Below the pieces are notes generated by a model, which was not told the origin of the DNA, searched no databases, and saw nothing but the letters and a program-made list of their open reading frames with translations. Shown piece after piece: positions 11,263 to 21,266 of a stretch of 64,000 nt of DNA. Source of the stretch: an uncultured Candidatus Pelagibacter sp. GTDB lineage: Bacteria > Pseudomonadota > Alphaproteobacteria > Pelagibacterales > Pelagibacteraceae. The position numbers and the translations under genes are program-made. The stretch lies in NCBI GenBank assembly GCA_964529275.1, contig CAZGVS010000002.1, forward strand, positions 4,064-68,063. Direction: 5' to 3'. How positions within the stretch are numbered: position 1 is the stretch's first letter; the number at the start of each line of letters is the position of its first letter.

Positions 11263-11841
11263 TTAATAAATTTTAGTCTTTGATTCTTCTTTATTTATAA
11301 GGCGTTTAACATTTTCTCTATGAGTAAATAGAATTAAAACAAACATTATGACAAAAAAATAATTAAATTCATTCAAATTGGTTGATAAAGTTAAAATCGG
11401 AATTATTAAAGAAGCAATAATTGATCCTAGGGATGAATATTTAAAAATAAAATATATTGATAGCCAAACAATTATAAATGACAAACCTAAATAAATATTT
11501 ATACAAAATAAAATTCCCAGATATGTAGCTACACCTTTTCCACCTTTAAATCTAAGCCATAATGGAAAAACATGACCCAAGAATACACATAGCGAGCATA
11601 TAAATAAATAATCTGCATAAAAAAATTTTATGTAAAGAATTGGCAATATTGCCTTTAGTATATCGAAAACTAAGGTCATATATCCTACAGTTTTATTGCC
11701 TGTTCTTAAAGCATTTGTTGCACCAATATTTCCCGAACCTATTTTTCTTATATCTTCTTTAAGCACTAGTTTTGTAAAAATAAAACCAAAAGGAATGGAT
11801 CCAACAAAATATGAAATTATTACAAAATAAAAAATATCCAT
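11263..11841 (-). CDS. plsY: Glycerol-3-phosphate acyltransferase
   Basis: GSIPFG, GSGNIGATNALR, GHVFP..FKGGKGVAT, HRENV. Confidence 0.97.
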   Translation of the reverse strand: MDIFYFVIISYFVGSIPFGFIFTKLVLKEDIRKIGSGNIGATNALRTGNKTVGYMTLVFDILKAILPILYIKFFYADYLFICSLCVFLGHVFPLWLRFKGGKGVATYLGILFCINIYLGLSFIIVWLSIYFIFKYSSLGSIIASLIIPILTLSTNLNEFNYFFVIMFVLILFTHRENVKRLINKEESKTKIY

Positions 11842-11846
11842 TTAAT

Positions 11847-13136
11847 CTAATTTTTAAAAAGCTCTTCACCTTTTACATAAGTACTTAAAACTTTACCTTG
11901 AAGTTTTCTATCTTCGATAGATGTATTTTTTGATTTTGACACTATATTATCTTTTTTTACAATCCAGGGCTTGTTTATATCCACAATGCAAAAATCTGCA
12001 TCATTATCTATATCTAGGTTACCTTTATTAATTTTTAATATTTTTGCTGGGTTACAGGTTAATGCTCTAATTATTTTGTTTAATTTAATTGATCCGTTAT
12101 GAAATAATTCTAGTGCCAACGGTAACAATGTCTCTATACCTGAAGCACCTGATGCAGCCTGAGCAAACGTAAGTCTTTTTTGTTCTTCATCTTCTGGTTT
12201 GTGATCTGACACAATAACATCTACTAAATCATTATTAATTCCTTTTATTAAAGCCAATCTATCTGTTTCAGTCCTTAAAGGCGGTGATAATTTTAAAAAT
12301 GTTCTAAAATCGCCAATATCATTTTCATTAAGTGATAAGTTGTTTATTGAAACTCCGCATGTAAATTTAACATTATCTTTTCTTCGTTTTATTACTTCTA
12401 TCGATTTTTCAGATGATATTTGTGATATATGATATCTACAATTAAAGTCCTCCAACAAACTCAAATCTCTTTCAATAATAATTTTTTCAGCTAGATCACT
12501 AATACCTTGCAACCCAAGTTTTGTTGCTATTATTCCTTCGTTAACTAATCCATCTTTTGCCAACTCACTATCCTCTACATGTTGCATTATTAAACAATCT
12601 AGATCATACGCTGATTTCATCATTCTTGACATAAGTCTAGTATTTTGAATGGTTTTATAACCATCTGTAAAACCTATTATACCTCTCGACTTCAAAAGAC
12701 CAAATTCAGTCATATTATTTCCTTCAAGATTTTTGCTTAATGATCCTGTGGGGTAGATATTTATTTTTGCTTTATCTCTTCCTCGTCTTTTAAGAAAATC
12801 AACAATAGAAACATTGTCGATAACAGGTATTGTATTTGGCATTGTAACCACAGAAGTAACACCACCAGCTAATGCAGCCTCACTTAATGTTCGAAAGTTC
12901 TCTTTATATTCAAAACCAGGTTCACCAACAAAGACCCTCATATCGACTATTCCTGGAAATATATATTTTCCCTCTAAATCAATGTATTTTTCTCTCGAAG
13001 AAATATTATTTTTATTTACTTTTTTTCCAACAGCTTCTATTTTTCCTGACTCACTAATTATCAAACCTCCTTTTTCATCTAATGAATTTTTAGGATCAAC
13101 TATATATGCATTCAAAAAAATTTTTTTTTTCATCAT
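11847..13136 (-). CDS. pyrC: Dihydroorotase-like protein (probably non-catalytic PyrC')
   Basis: Amidohydrolase fold motifs (MPNT, KLSPPLR, SDH) but metal motif reads DMRVF instead of DxHxH; coupled to pyrB. Confidence 0.88.
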   Translation of the reverse strand: MMKKKIFLNAYIVDPKNSLDEKGGLIISESGKIEAVGKKVNKNNISSREKYIDLEGKYIFPGIVDMRVFVGEPGFEYKENFRTLSEAALAGGVTSVVTMPNTIPVIDNVSIVDFLKRRGRDKAKINIYPTGSLSKNLEGNNMTEFGLLKSRGIIGFTDGYKTIQNTRLMSRMMKSAYDLDCLIMQHVEDSELAKDGLVNEGIIATKLGLQGISDLAEKIIIERDLSLLEDFNCRYHISQISSEKSIEVIKRRKDNVKFTCGVSINNLSLNENDIGDFRTFLKLSPPLRTETDRLALIKGINNDLVDVIVSDHKPEDEEQKRLTFAQAASGASGIETLLPLALELFHNGSIKLNKIIRALTCNPAKILKINKGNLDIDNDADFCIVDINKPWIVKKDNIVSKSKNTSIEDRKLQGKVLSTYVKGEELFKN

Positions 13137-14071
13137 TCACAAAATATTTTTAGACATGCCATCCTTACCGCTACACCTAATTCTACTTGCTCCTTAATTA
13201 CACTCTTGTTTATATCGTCTGCTAATTTGGTATCAATCTCGATTCCTCTATTCATTGGTCCTGGATGCATAATAAGCGCTTCATCTTTGGCATATTTTAA
13301 TTTATCAGGTGTTAAACCATAATATTCGTAATATTCTCTGTTTGAGGAAAGAAATGAACTTGTCATTCTTTCACTCTGCAATCTTAACATCATAACTATG
13401 TCGCAATCTTTAAGACCTTCTTTCATATTCGAATAAATACTAACTCCAAATTTTTCAATATCTTTTGGCATAAGGTTTGATGGTGCTACAATATTTACTT
13501 CAGCTCCAAGCATATTAAGAAGATAAATATTTGATCTGGCAACCCTCGAATGTAAAATATCTCCACAGATAGCAATTTTAAGTCCTTCTATTTTTTTCTT
13601 TCTATCAATTATCGTTAAAGCATCTAATAAAGCTTGTGTTGGATGTTCTCTTCTACCATCACCAGCATTTAAAACTGAGCAATTTACTTTTTGAGATAAT
13701 AGGTTTGTTGCACCAGAGTCCTGATGCCTTACTACTATTATATCTGGATGCATTGCATTTAGAGTCATTGCTGTATCTATTAAAGTTTCGCCCTTTTTAA
13801 TTGCTGAATTACCAATATTCATAGACATAACATCAGCTCCTAACCTTTTACCTGCCAATTCAAATGAACTTTGAGTTCTTGTAGAAGGCTCAAAAAATAA
13901 ATTTATCTGTGTTTTACCTCTTAAAATATCTATTTTTTTATTTTTACTTTTATTAAGGGCAATAAATTGCTTGGACTCATTCAAAATATGATTCACATCT
14001 TTTATGGAAAGATCTTGGATACCTAATAAGTGTTTTTGTGAAATTTTAATAGCTTTGTTTGAGTTTGCCAT
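13133..14071 (-). CDS. pyrB: Aspartate carbamoyltransferase catalytic subunit
   Basis: [28 protein letters not shown]. Confidence 0.98.
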   Translation of the reverse strand: MANSNKAIKISQKHLLGIQDLSIKDVNHILNESKQFIALNKSKNKKIDILRGKTQINLFFEPSTRTQSSFELAGKRLGADVMSMNIGNSAIKKGETLIDTAMTLNAMHPDIIVVRHQDSGATNLLSQKVNCSVLNAGDGRREHPTQALLDALTIIDRKKKIEGLKIAICGDILHSRVARSNIYLLNMLGAEVNIVAPSNLMPKDIEKFGVSIYSNMKEGLKDCDIVMMLRLQSERMTSSFLSSNREYYEYYGLTPDKLKYAKDEALIMHPGPMNRGIEIDTKLADDINKSVIKEQVELGVAVRMACLKIFCE

Positions 14072-14081
14072 TAAAACAAAC

Positions 14082-14110
14082 TCTATAGCTATAGAATGTT
14101 ATAATTGCAA
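14082..14110 (-). promoter_or_regulatory. Putative pyrBC promoter with 14-bp palindrome over the -10
   Basis: Minus strand TTGCAA-17bp-TATAGA; perfect palindrome TCTATAGCTATAGA at 14082-14095. Confidence 0.5.
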
Positions 14111-14112
14111 GG

Positions 14113-14565
14113 TTAATTATTTAGATAATCCAAAGCACCCTGTAAAATGAATGCTGCAGCGTTTTTATCTATATTTTTAACTCTTTTTGATACATTAATA
14201 TCAAGCTGACTTGATATATTAAATGCGCCAGTTGTAGACAATCTCTCATCCCATAACGCAAAGGGTTTTTCAATTTTTTCTGAAATTAACTTGATTTTGT
14301 CTTTAACTGATTGTGAAGAGTAGCCCACTGATCCATCCATATTTAATGGATTTCCATAAATAATACCATCAACATTGTGTTCTAGAATTATACCAATCAT
14401 GTCTTCAATCAATTTATTCATCGAAATGTAGTTTAATACCTTTAATGGAGTTGCAATTTTTCTATTTTCGTCTGAGATTGAAATTCCAACTCTTTTTGAG
14501 CCCATATCTACACCCATAAGTCTAGATTTATTATTGAGACGTTTTTTTAGATCATTAATATCCAT
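14113..14565 (-). CDS. ruvX: YqgF/RuvX pre-16S rRNA nuclease
   Basis: GVDMGSKRVGISISD, WDERLST, AAFILQ. Confidence 0.93.
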   Translation of the reverse strand: MDINDLKKRLNNKSRLMGVDMGSKRVGISISDENRKIATPLKVLNYISMNKLIEDMIGIILEHNVDGIIYGNPLNMDGSVGYSSQSVKDKIKLISEKIEKPFALWDERLSTTGAFNISSQLDINVSKRVKNIDKNAAAFILQGALDYLNN

Positions 14566-14616
14566 AATATTGTATTTTCTAATTTAAGTGATAATTTGCT
14601 TTAATCTAAATACCAC

Positions 14617-14904
14617 ATGACTATAGATCATAAAACAGTAAAACACATATCTAAATTATCACGAATTTCAATAGACGATAGTAAAGCTAAAAAGTTAAGT
14701 GAGGACCTAAGTTCAATATTCTCATTTATTGAAAAATTAGATGAATTAGATACATCAAAAATTGAACCATTAACATCAATAGCGGAGACAACTTTAAAAT
14801 TAAGAAAAGATGAGATTAAAACTAAAAATATTAGAGATGAAATACTAAAAAATTCTCCTGAAGATAATAAAGATTTTTTTGTTGTACCTAAGGTTGTAGA
14901 GTAA
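14617..14904 (+). CDS. gatC: Asp/Glu-tRNA amidotransferase subunit C
   Basis: [17 protein letters not shown]; first gene of gatCAB. Confidence 0.95.
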   Translation: MTIDHKTVKHISKLSRISIDDSKAKKLSEDLSSIFSFIEKLDELDTSKIEPLTSIAETTLKLRKDEIKTKNIRDEILKNSPEDNKDFFVVPKVVE

Positions 14905-16358
14905 TGACTAATATTATCGATCTTAATTTAAATGAATTAGTTGAAAAAATAAAAAAAAAAGAAATTTCATCGTCGGAGGCTACAAAAACATTTATTGATA
15001 GATCAGATAAATCAAAAAAACTAAATACATATATAACTGATAACTTTGAAAAAGCTCTTGAAAAAGCTAAAAATTTTGATGCTAAGCCTGATTTTAATAA
15101 AAAATTATCTGGAATACCTTTGGCTGTTAAAGACTTATTTTGCACTAAAGGCATTAGAACAACAGCAGGTAGTAAAATTTTAGAAAATTTTATACCATCG
15201 TATGAGTCAACAGTTACTAATAATATTATTAATGAAGGTGCAATAATTATTGGAAAACTTAATTGTGATGAATTTGCGATGGGTTCTTCAAATGAAACTA
15301 GTTACTTTGGAAATGTACAAAATCCTATTTCTCAAAACTTAGTACCCGGAGGTTCTTCAGGAGGATCTGCAGCAGCATTGGCTGCTAAGTTAACTCCAGC
15401 TACGATTGGGACTGACACAGGAGGCTCAATAAGACAACCTGCATCTTTTACAGGCACAGTTGGTTTAAAACCTACCTACGGAAGTTGTTCAAGATATGGA
15501 ATAGTAGCTTTTGCATCATCATTAGATCAAGCGGGTCCTATGACACATAATGTAAAAGATTGTGCACTATTATTTGATGTCATTAGTTCCTACGATAACA
15601 AAGATTCTACATCGGTTGATTATACAAGAGGAAATTATCTCAAGAATCTTAATGAAAATATTAAAGGAAAAAAAATTGGAATACCAAAGGAGTATCGCAT
15701 TGATAATATGCCAAAAGAAATTGAAGAATTATGGGAAAAAGGCATATCAATCGTTAAAAAAAATGGGGCTGAAATAATAGAAATTTCATTACCAAATACA
15801 AATTATGCTCTACCAGCATATTATATTGTGGCACCAGCCGAAGCGTCCTCTAATTTAGCAAGATATGATGGAGTTAAGTACGGCTTTAGATCAAAAGGTG
15901 ATAATTTAATTGATATGTATGAGAAAACTAGATCCGAGGGTTTTGGCGATGAAGTTAAAAGAAGAATAATGATTGGGACATACGTTCTATCATCAGGTTA
16001 TTATGATGCTTATTATCTAAAAGCTCAAAAAGTAAGAAGATTAATAAAAAATGATTTCGATGAAGCTTATAAAAAGGTCGATGCAATCTTAACGCCCTCA
16101 ACACCAAGTTCAGCATTTAAAATAGGAGAAAAATCAAACGATCCAGTATCTATGTATTTAAACGATATATTTACTGTTCCTGTTAATCTTGCTGGTTTAC
16201 CAGCAATTTCAATACCATCAGGAAGGGACAAAAACAATTTACCATTAGGATTACAATTAATAGGAAAAGCATTTGATGAGCAAAATATTTTAAATATTGC
16301 TTTTTCTATTGAAAAACAAATAAATTTTAAAAACCAAATTAATGACTGGTGGATATAA
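14904..16358 (+). CDS. gatA: Asp/Glu-tRNA amidotransferase subunit A
   Basis: Amidase signature [29 protein letters not shown]. Confidence 0.98.
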   Translation: MTNIIDLNLNELVEKIKKKEISSSEATKTFIDRSDKSKKLNTYITDNFEKALEKAKNFDAKPDFNKKLSGIPLAVKDLFCTKGIRTTAGSKILENFIPSYESTVTNNIINEGAIIIGKLNCDEFAMGSSNETSYFGNVQNPISQNLVPGGSSGGSAAALAAKLTPATIGTDTGGSIRQPASFTGTVGLKPTYGSCSRYGIVAFASSLDQAGPMTHNVKDCALLFDVISSYDNKDSTSVDYTRGNYLKNLNENIKGKKIGIPKEYRIDNMPKEIEELWEKGISIVKKNGAEIIEISLPNTNYALPAYYIVAPAEASSNLARYDGVKYGFRSKGDNLIDMYEKTRSEGFGDEVKRRIMIGTYVLSSGYYDAYYLKAQKVRRLIKNDFDEAYKKVDAILTPSTPSSAFKIGEKSNDPVSMYLNDIFTVPVNLAGLPAISIPSGRDKNNLPLGLQLIGKAFDEQNILNIAFSIEKQINFKNQINDWWI

Positions 16359-16363
16359 AAGCA

Positions 16364-17821
16364 ATGAAAAATGAATATTTGATAAAAAGAGATAAAAACA
16401 TATATGAGGTAGTAATTGGTTTAGAGGTACATGCACAAGTATTATCAAATTCAAAATTATTTTCATCGTCCCCAACAAAATTTGGCTCTGAGCCAAATAC
16501 ACAGGTAAGCTTAGTTGATGCTGCATTTCCTGGTATGCTTCCAGTCATAAATGAATTTTGTATAAAGCAAGCAATAAAAACAGGCATTGGTCTTAAAGCA
16601 AAAATTAATAAGAGATCGGTATTTGACAGAAAAAATTATTTCTATGCTGATTTACCTCAAGGTTATCAAATTTCACAGTATAAAGATCCAATAGTAGGCG
16701 AAGGTAATATTACACTAGACTTAAAAGACGGCGAAAAAATTATTGGTATTGAAAGATTACATCTAGAACAGGATGCTGGTAAAAGCATTCATGATATTGA
16801 CCCACAGAATACACTAGTTGATTTAAATAGATCAGGAGTTGCATTAATGGAAATTGTAAGCAAACCTGATTTAAGGTCTTTAGAAGATGTTAATGCATAT
16901 GTAAAAAAATTAAGATCTATCATGAGATACTTAGGTACGTGTGATGGAAATATGCAAGAAGGATCATTAAGAGCTGACGTAAATGTTTCAGTAAGATTAA
17001 AAGGTGATACAAAACTTGGTACGAGATGCGAAATTAAAAACGTAAACTCAATAAAGTTTATGCAAATGGCTATTGATTATGAAGCTAATAGACAAGCGGA
17101 TATTATTGAAGATGGAGGAGTCATTGATCAAGAAACAAGGTTGTTTGATACGAAAAAAAATGAAACAAGATCAATGAGATCCAAAGAAGATGCGCATGAT
17201 TATAGATATTTTCCAGATCCAGATTTATTACCATTAGTTTTAGATGAAAAGTTTATTGAAGAGATTAAAAAAGAAATTCCTGAATTACCCGACGAGAAAA
17301 AAAAGAGATTTATAGATAATTTTAAAGTATCACCATATGAAGCCAATATATTAGTCTCAGATATCGAGACATCAAAATATTTTGAAAAAGTTTCGGAAAA
17401 TTCTGATGTAAAACTTGCTACAAATTGGATTACAGGAGAATTATTTGCATTACTAAATGAAAAAAATTTAGAAATAACAGATAGTCCAATTTCGTCGAAC
17501 AACTTGTCAAAATTAATAAATTTGATCAAAAATGGAACTATCTCAGGAAAGATTGCAAAGACTATTTTTGAACTAATGGCAGATGGAGATAAAGACCCGT
17601 ATAAAATTGTAGAAGAAAAAGGCTTAAAGCAACAAAGTGATCCAAAAGAATTAGAAAAGATAATTGATAAAATAATATCTGAAAATCCAAAAAATGTTGA
17701 AGCTTATAAATCTGGCAAAAACAAATTATTTGGATTTTTTGTAGGACAAATAATGAAAAACTCTGGTGGTAAAGCAAATCCACAATTAGTTAACGAAATA
17801 TTAAAAAAAAAGTTGAACTAA
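16364..17821 (+). CDS. gatB: Asp/Glu-tRNA amidotransferase subunit B
   Basis: [35 protein letters not shown]; ATG at 16364 preferred over GTG 16349. Confidence 0.98.
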   Translation: MKNEYLIKRDKNIYEVVIGLEVHAQVLSNSKLFSSSPTKFGSEPNTQVSLVDAAFPGMLPVINEFCIKQAIKTGIGLKAKINKRSVFDRKNYFYADLPQGYQISQYKDPIVGEGNITLDLKDGEKIIGIERLHLEQDAGKSIHDIDPQNTLVDLNRSGVALMEIVSKPDLRSLEDVNAYVKKLRSIMRYLGTCDGNMQEGSLRADVNVSVRLKGDTKLGTRCEIKNVNSIKFMQMAIDYEANRQADIIEDGGVIDQETRLFDTKKNETRSMRSKEDAHDYRYFPDPDLLPLVLDEKFIEEIKKEIPELPDEKKKRFIDNFKVSPYEANILVSDIETSKYFEKVSENSDVKLATNWITGELFALLNEKNLEITDSPISSNNLSKLINLIKNGTISGKIAKTIFELMADGDKDPYKIVEEKGLKQQSDPKELEKIIDKIISENPKNVEAYKSGKNKLFGFFVGQIMKNSGGKANPQLVNEILKKKLN

Positions 17822-17822
17822 A

Positions 17823-18479
17823 ATGGGTTCAAATTTACAGTTAAACAATCAGATTGAAGACTACATAAATAACCATTCATTAACGTTGCACCCTGTTCAA
17901 AATGAAATTATTAAGTACAATGAAAATCTAGGTAAGATCAAAAAAATGCAAATTTCGGTAAGTCAATGTCATTTTTTACACCTAATCGTAAAAATTTTAA
18001 ATCCAAAAAATATTTTGGAGATTGGTACATTTACTGGTCTAAGTACCTTAACTATGGCTTTAGCTATAAAAGAAGATTCATTTATAACTGCTTTAGATAA
18101 AAATGAAGAAACATCAAAGATAGCCAAAAATTTTTTTTATAAAGCAAATGTTGGTGACAAAATAAAAATATTGGTAAATAACGCAAATTCTAGTCTAGAA
18201 GAAATTATAGAGTCAAAAAAGTATTTTGATTTGATATTTATTGATGCCGATAAAGAAAATTATATAAATTATTTTCAAAAATCATTAAGTATAATAAATA
18301 AGTCTGGAGTTATTATTGTTGATAATGTTTTGTGGTATGGAGATGTTGCAGACAGTAATAAAAAAGATAGACTAACAGTAAAAATAAGAGAATTTAATTC
18401 ATTTGTAAAAAACAACAAAATAGTAGAAAATTTGATCTTACCAATCGGTGATGGCCTATCAGTGTGTAGAAAATTATAA
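17823..18479 (+). CDS. Class I SAM-dependent O-methyltransferase (caffeoyl-CoA OMT/TrmR-like)
   Basis: LEIGTFTGLS, FIDADKENY, VDNVLW metal motif, PIGDG. Confidence 0.9.
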   Translation: MGSNLQLNNQIEDYINNHSLTLHPVQNEIIKYNENLGKIKKMQISVSQCHFLHLIVKILNPKNILEIGTFTGLSTLTMALAIKEDSFITALDKNEETSKIAKNFFYKANVGDKIKILVNNANSSLEEIIESKKYFDLIFIDADKENYINYFQKSLSIINKSGVIIVDNVLWYGDVADSNKKDRLTVKIREFNSFVKNNKIVENLILPIGDGLSVCRKL

Positions 18480-19378
18480 TGTACAAAATATTCGGCTTTT
18501 ATAAATTTAAAAAAATTAATAATTTAAAAGTATTGAGAGAAAATTTAGAAAACTTTACTTTAAAAGAAAATTTAAGAGGACTAATAATAATTTCGTCTGA
18601 GGGGGTTAACGGAACTATAAGCTTTAACCATGATAAATATCAAAAAATAAAAAAAAATATTAAAACCCTTCTAAATATTAAAAAGTTTGACAATGAAAAT
18701 TTGTCATCTTTCAAATATCAAGCATTTAATAAGACAAAGATTAAAATCAAAAAAGAAGTAGTCCCGATTGGTATTAAGATTAAAACTAAAATATCAAATA
18801 ACCTAATTAATCCTAAAAGTTGGAATAAAGTTATTAAAAAAAAAAATACTTTACTTATTGATGCTAGAAAAGATTTTGAATATAAAATTGGAACATTCAA
18901 GGGCTCTGTTAATCCAAAATTAAATAATTTTAGGGATTTTCCACAGTATTTTAAAACCTTAAAAAAAGATCAAAATATTGCAATGTTTTGTACAGGTGGA
19001 ATTAGATGTGAAAAAGCAAGTTTTTACTTACAAAAAAAAGGATTTAAAAATGTTTATCAGTTGAAAGGTGGAATAATCAATTATCTTAATCAAATTAATA
19101 AAAAACATAGTTTATGGAAGGGTGATTGCTTCGTTTTTGATAATAGAGTTTCGGTTAAACATGGCTTAAAAGTCGGAAATTATAAAATTTGTTCTGGGTG
19201 TAGAGAGCCTATTAATTCTTTAGAGAGAAAATCAAATCTTTATGAAGAAGGAGTGAGTTGTAGTAGTTGTTTTTATAAATCAACAAATACCCAGAAAGAA
19301 AGATTCAGAATGAGACAAAAGCAAGTGCAATCAGCTAAACAAAATGGAAAAAAATACTTCTTTAAAAGAGAAACTTAA
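18479..19378 (+). CDS. trhO: Rhodanese-domain tRNA U34 hydroxylase (TrhO/YceA family)
   Basis: FYKF, EGVNGT, MFCTGGIRCEKAS, QLKGGI, GDCFVFDNRV, C-terminal Cys cluster. Confidence 0.88.
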   Translation: MYKIFGFYKFKKINNLKVLRENLENFTLKENLRGLIIISSEGVNGTISFNHDKYQKIKKNIKTLLNIKKFDNENLSSFKYQAFNKTKIKIKKEVVPIGIKIKTKISNNLINPKSWNKVIKKKNTLLIDARKDFEYKIGTFKGSVNPKLNNFRDFPQYFKTLKKDQNIAMFCTGGIRCEKASFYLQKKGFKNVYQLKGGIINYLNQINKKHSLWKGDCFVFDNRVSVKHGLKVGNYKICSGCREPINSLERKSNLYEEGVSCSSCFYKSTNTQKERFRMRQKQVQSAKQNGKKYFFKRET

Positions 19379-19379
19379 T

Positions 19380-20741
19380 ATGGATTTATTAAAAGATAAT
19401 ATACCTAAATTAGTGAGGAAACTAGCATTGCCTGCTATGGTTGGAATGTTATTTCAAACTCTGTATAATATTGTTGATACTTTTTATGCTGGTAAAATAT
19501 CTCCGGAAGCATTATCAGCATTAAGCAAATCTTTTCCAATTTATTTTATTATAGTTGCATCTTCGATTGGTGTGACTGTTGCTGGAACTTCATTAATTGG
19601 AAATAGCATCGGTGAAAATAATAAAAAAAATATATTAAATTATTTCACGCATATAATTTATTTTGCAATAATAATGTCTGTTATTATATGCTTTGTAGGG
19701 CTTAGTTTTTCAGACAAAATTTTCTCTTTAATGGTCACAACAGATGAAGTTATAAATCTTGGAACCCAATATACAGATATAATTTTTTCAGGTTCAATTT
19801 TATTTATTTTAATTGTAGCTTTGAATTCATTATTACATGCTGAAGGTGATACCAAAACATACAGAAATGTTTTAATTTTATCTTTTTTTATCAATTTGAT
19901 TTTAAATCCAGTTTTAATTTTTGGTTTATTTTTCTTTCCAGCCTTAGGTTTCAAAGGTATTGCAATATCTACAATAATTTCCCAATTAGTAGCTTTCTTT
20001 ATAATTCTTTTAAAAGTTTTAAAAAATTCAAGAATAAAAGAAATTACTAAAGAAAATTTAGTACCTAAAATATTTTATTTCATTAATATTTTTTTTACAG
20101 CTATGCCAATAATTGTTTCAATATTTGCTTACTCTATTACTGCAACTATTGTTTTAAAATATGTTGGTATTTCCGGAGAGTACGCGGTTGCCGGATATGG
20201 TGCTGGCACCAGAATAGAACAGGTCGTGTTGTTGCCAATACTAGGTATCAATACAGCAATTATATCCATTATTGCACAAAACTTTGGTGCAAAAAATTTT
20301 GAAAGAGTAAAGGAAACATATTTTACATCTATAAAATATTCTTTTTTAATAATGATTATATCCGGAACAATTTTGTATATCTCGTCTGATTTAATAATGA
20401 GTTTTTTTTCTAACGATCAAATTGTAATCGAATTTGGATCTAGGTATTTAAAAATTTGTTCTTTTATTTTACCAGCATATCCAATTTTTTTCTTATCAAA
20501 TGGAATGTTTATGGCAATTAAAAAGGCTGAATATGCTATGATCTCTAATTTATTTAGAAATGGTTTTAATCCACTTGTTGTATTTTTTCTCGCGAGTTAC
20601 ATTAATGCAAGCTTTGAGATTTTTTTTTGGATTTGGGCAGTTGTAAATTGGATTTTCTCAGGGATATATCTAAGTATTTTAATTTTTTACATAAAAGCTA
20701 AACTAGAGAAAACTAGCGCTATCGTTAATCCACAGCCATAA
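19380..20741 (+). CDS. MATE-family efflux transporter
   Basis: LALPAM..YNIVDTFY, about 12 TM segments, QNFGAKNFER; start may be 19344. Confidence 0.93.
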   Translation: MDLLKDNIPKLVRKLALPAMVGMLFQTLYNIVDTFYAGKISPEALSALSKSFPIYFIIVASSIGVTVAGTSLIGNSIGENNKKNILNYFTHIIYFAIIMSVIICFVGLSFSDKIFSLMVTTDEVINLGTQYTDIIFSGSILFILIVALNSLLHAEGDTKTYRNVLILSFFINLILNPVLIFGLFFFPALGFKGIAISTIISQLVAFFIILLKVLKNSRIKEITKENLVPKIFYFINIFFTAMPIIVSIFAYSITATIVLKYVGISGEYAVAGYGAGTRIEQVVLLPILGINTAIISIIAQNFGAKNFERVKETYFTSIKYSFLIMIISGTILYISSDLIMSFFSNDQIVIEFGSRYLKICSFILPAYPIFFLSNGMFMAIKKAEYAMISNLFRNGFNPLVVFFLASYINASFEIFFWIWAVVNWIFSGIYLSILIFYIKAKLEKTSAIVNPQP

Positions 20742-21266
20742 GTCTTCTGCAAAAGATCTTCTTACAAATAAATTTAAATCATTATCATTTTTGTTATGTA
20801 AAATTACGTCAATATGGTTAATAATTGTCTGTGTTACGGAGCCTTTTTTCTTCATAAAATCACTGAAATTAAAGGGACAACTCTTAGTTAATAAATCATA
20901 AATTTTATTACCTTTTAGATTTAATAGCACCCAATGATCAGAAACATTTGTTACTGCTCCTTGATTGAGTTTTGAAACATCACCAAATAAGTTTTTTTCT
21001 AATTTTATTTGATCTTCTAAAGTTAGATTTTTATTGTTCGAATATAACAACCATTCATCTGGCCCAAGCCAAAGTAAACTAAAATTCCCATTTCCTGACG
21101 ATGTATTTGCTTCTGTTGGAGGTAAAATAGAAAGTGTTTTTCCAATTTTAGTTGAAAACTCTCTTTTTTTACTTCTCAGATTGATTTTAATTGTAGGTTC
21201 AATTTGAATAATTTTAATTTCATTATAGTTCTTATCTTCATTTATAGGTAAATCTAAATTAAGCAT
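20703..21266 (-). CDS. soxG: Sarcosine oxidase gamma subunit
   Basis: WLGPDEWL, VRRSFA..LW; last gene of soxBDAG. Confidence 0.92.
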   Translation of the reverse strand: MLNLDLPINEDKNYNEIKIIQIEPTIKINLRSKKREFSTKIGKTLSILPPTEANTSSGNGNFSLLWLGPDEWLLYSNNKNLTLEDQIKLEKNLFGDVSKLNQGAVTNVSDHWVLLNLKGNKIYDLLTKSCPFNFSDFMKKKGSVTQTIINHIDVILHNKNDNDLNLFVRRSFAEDLWLWINDSASFL

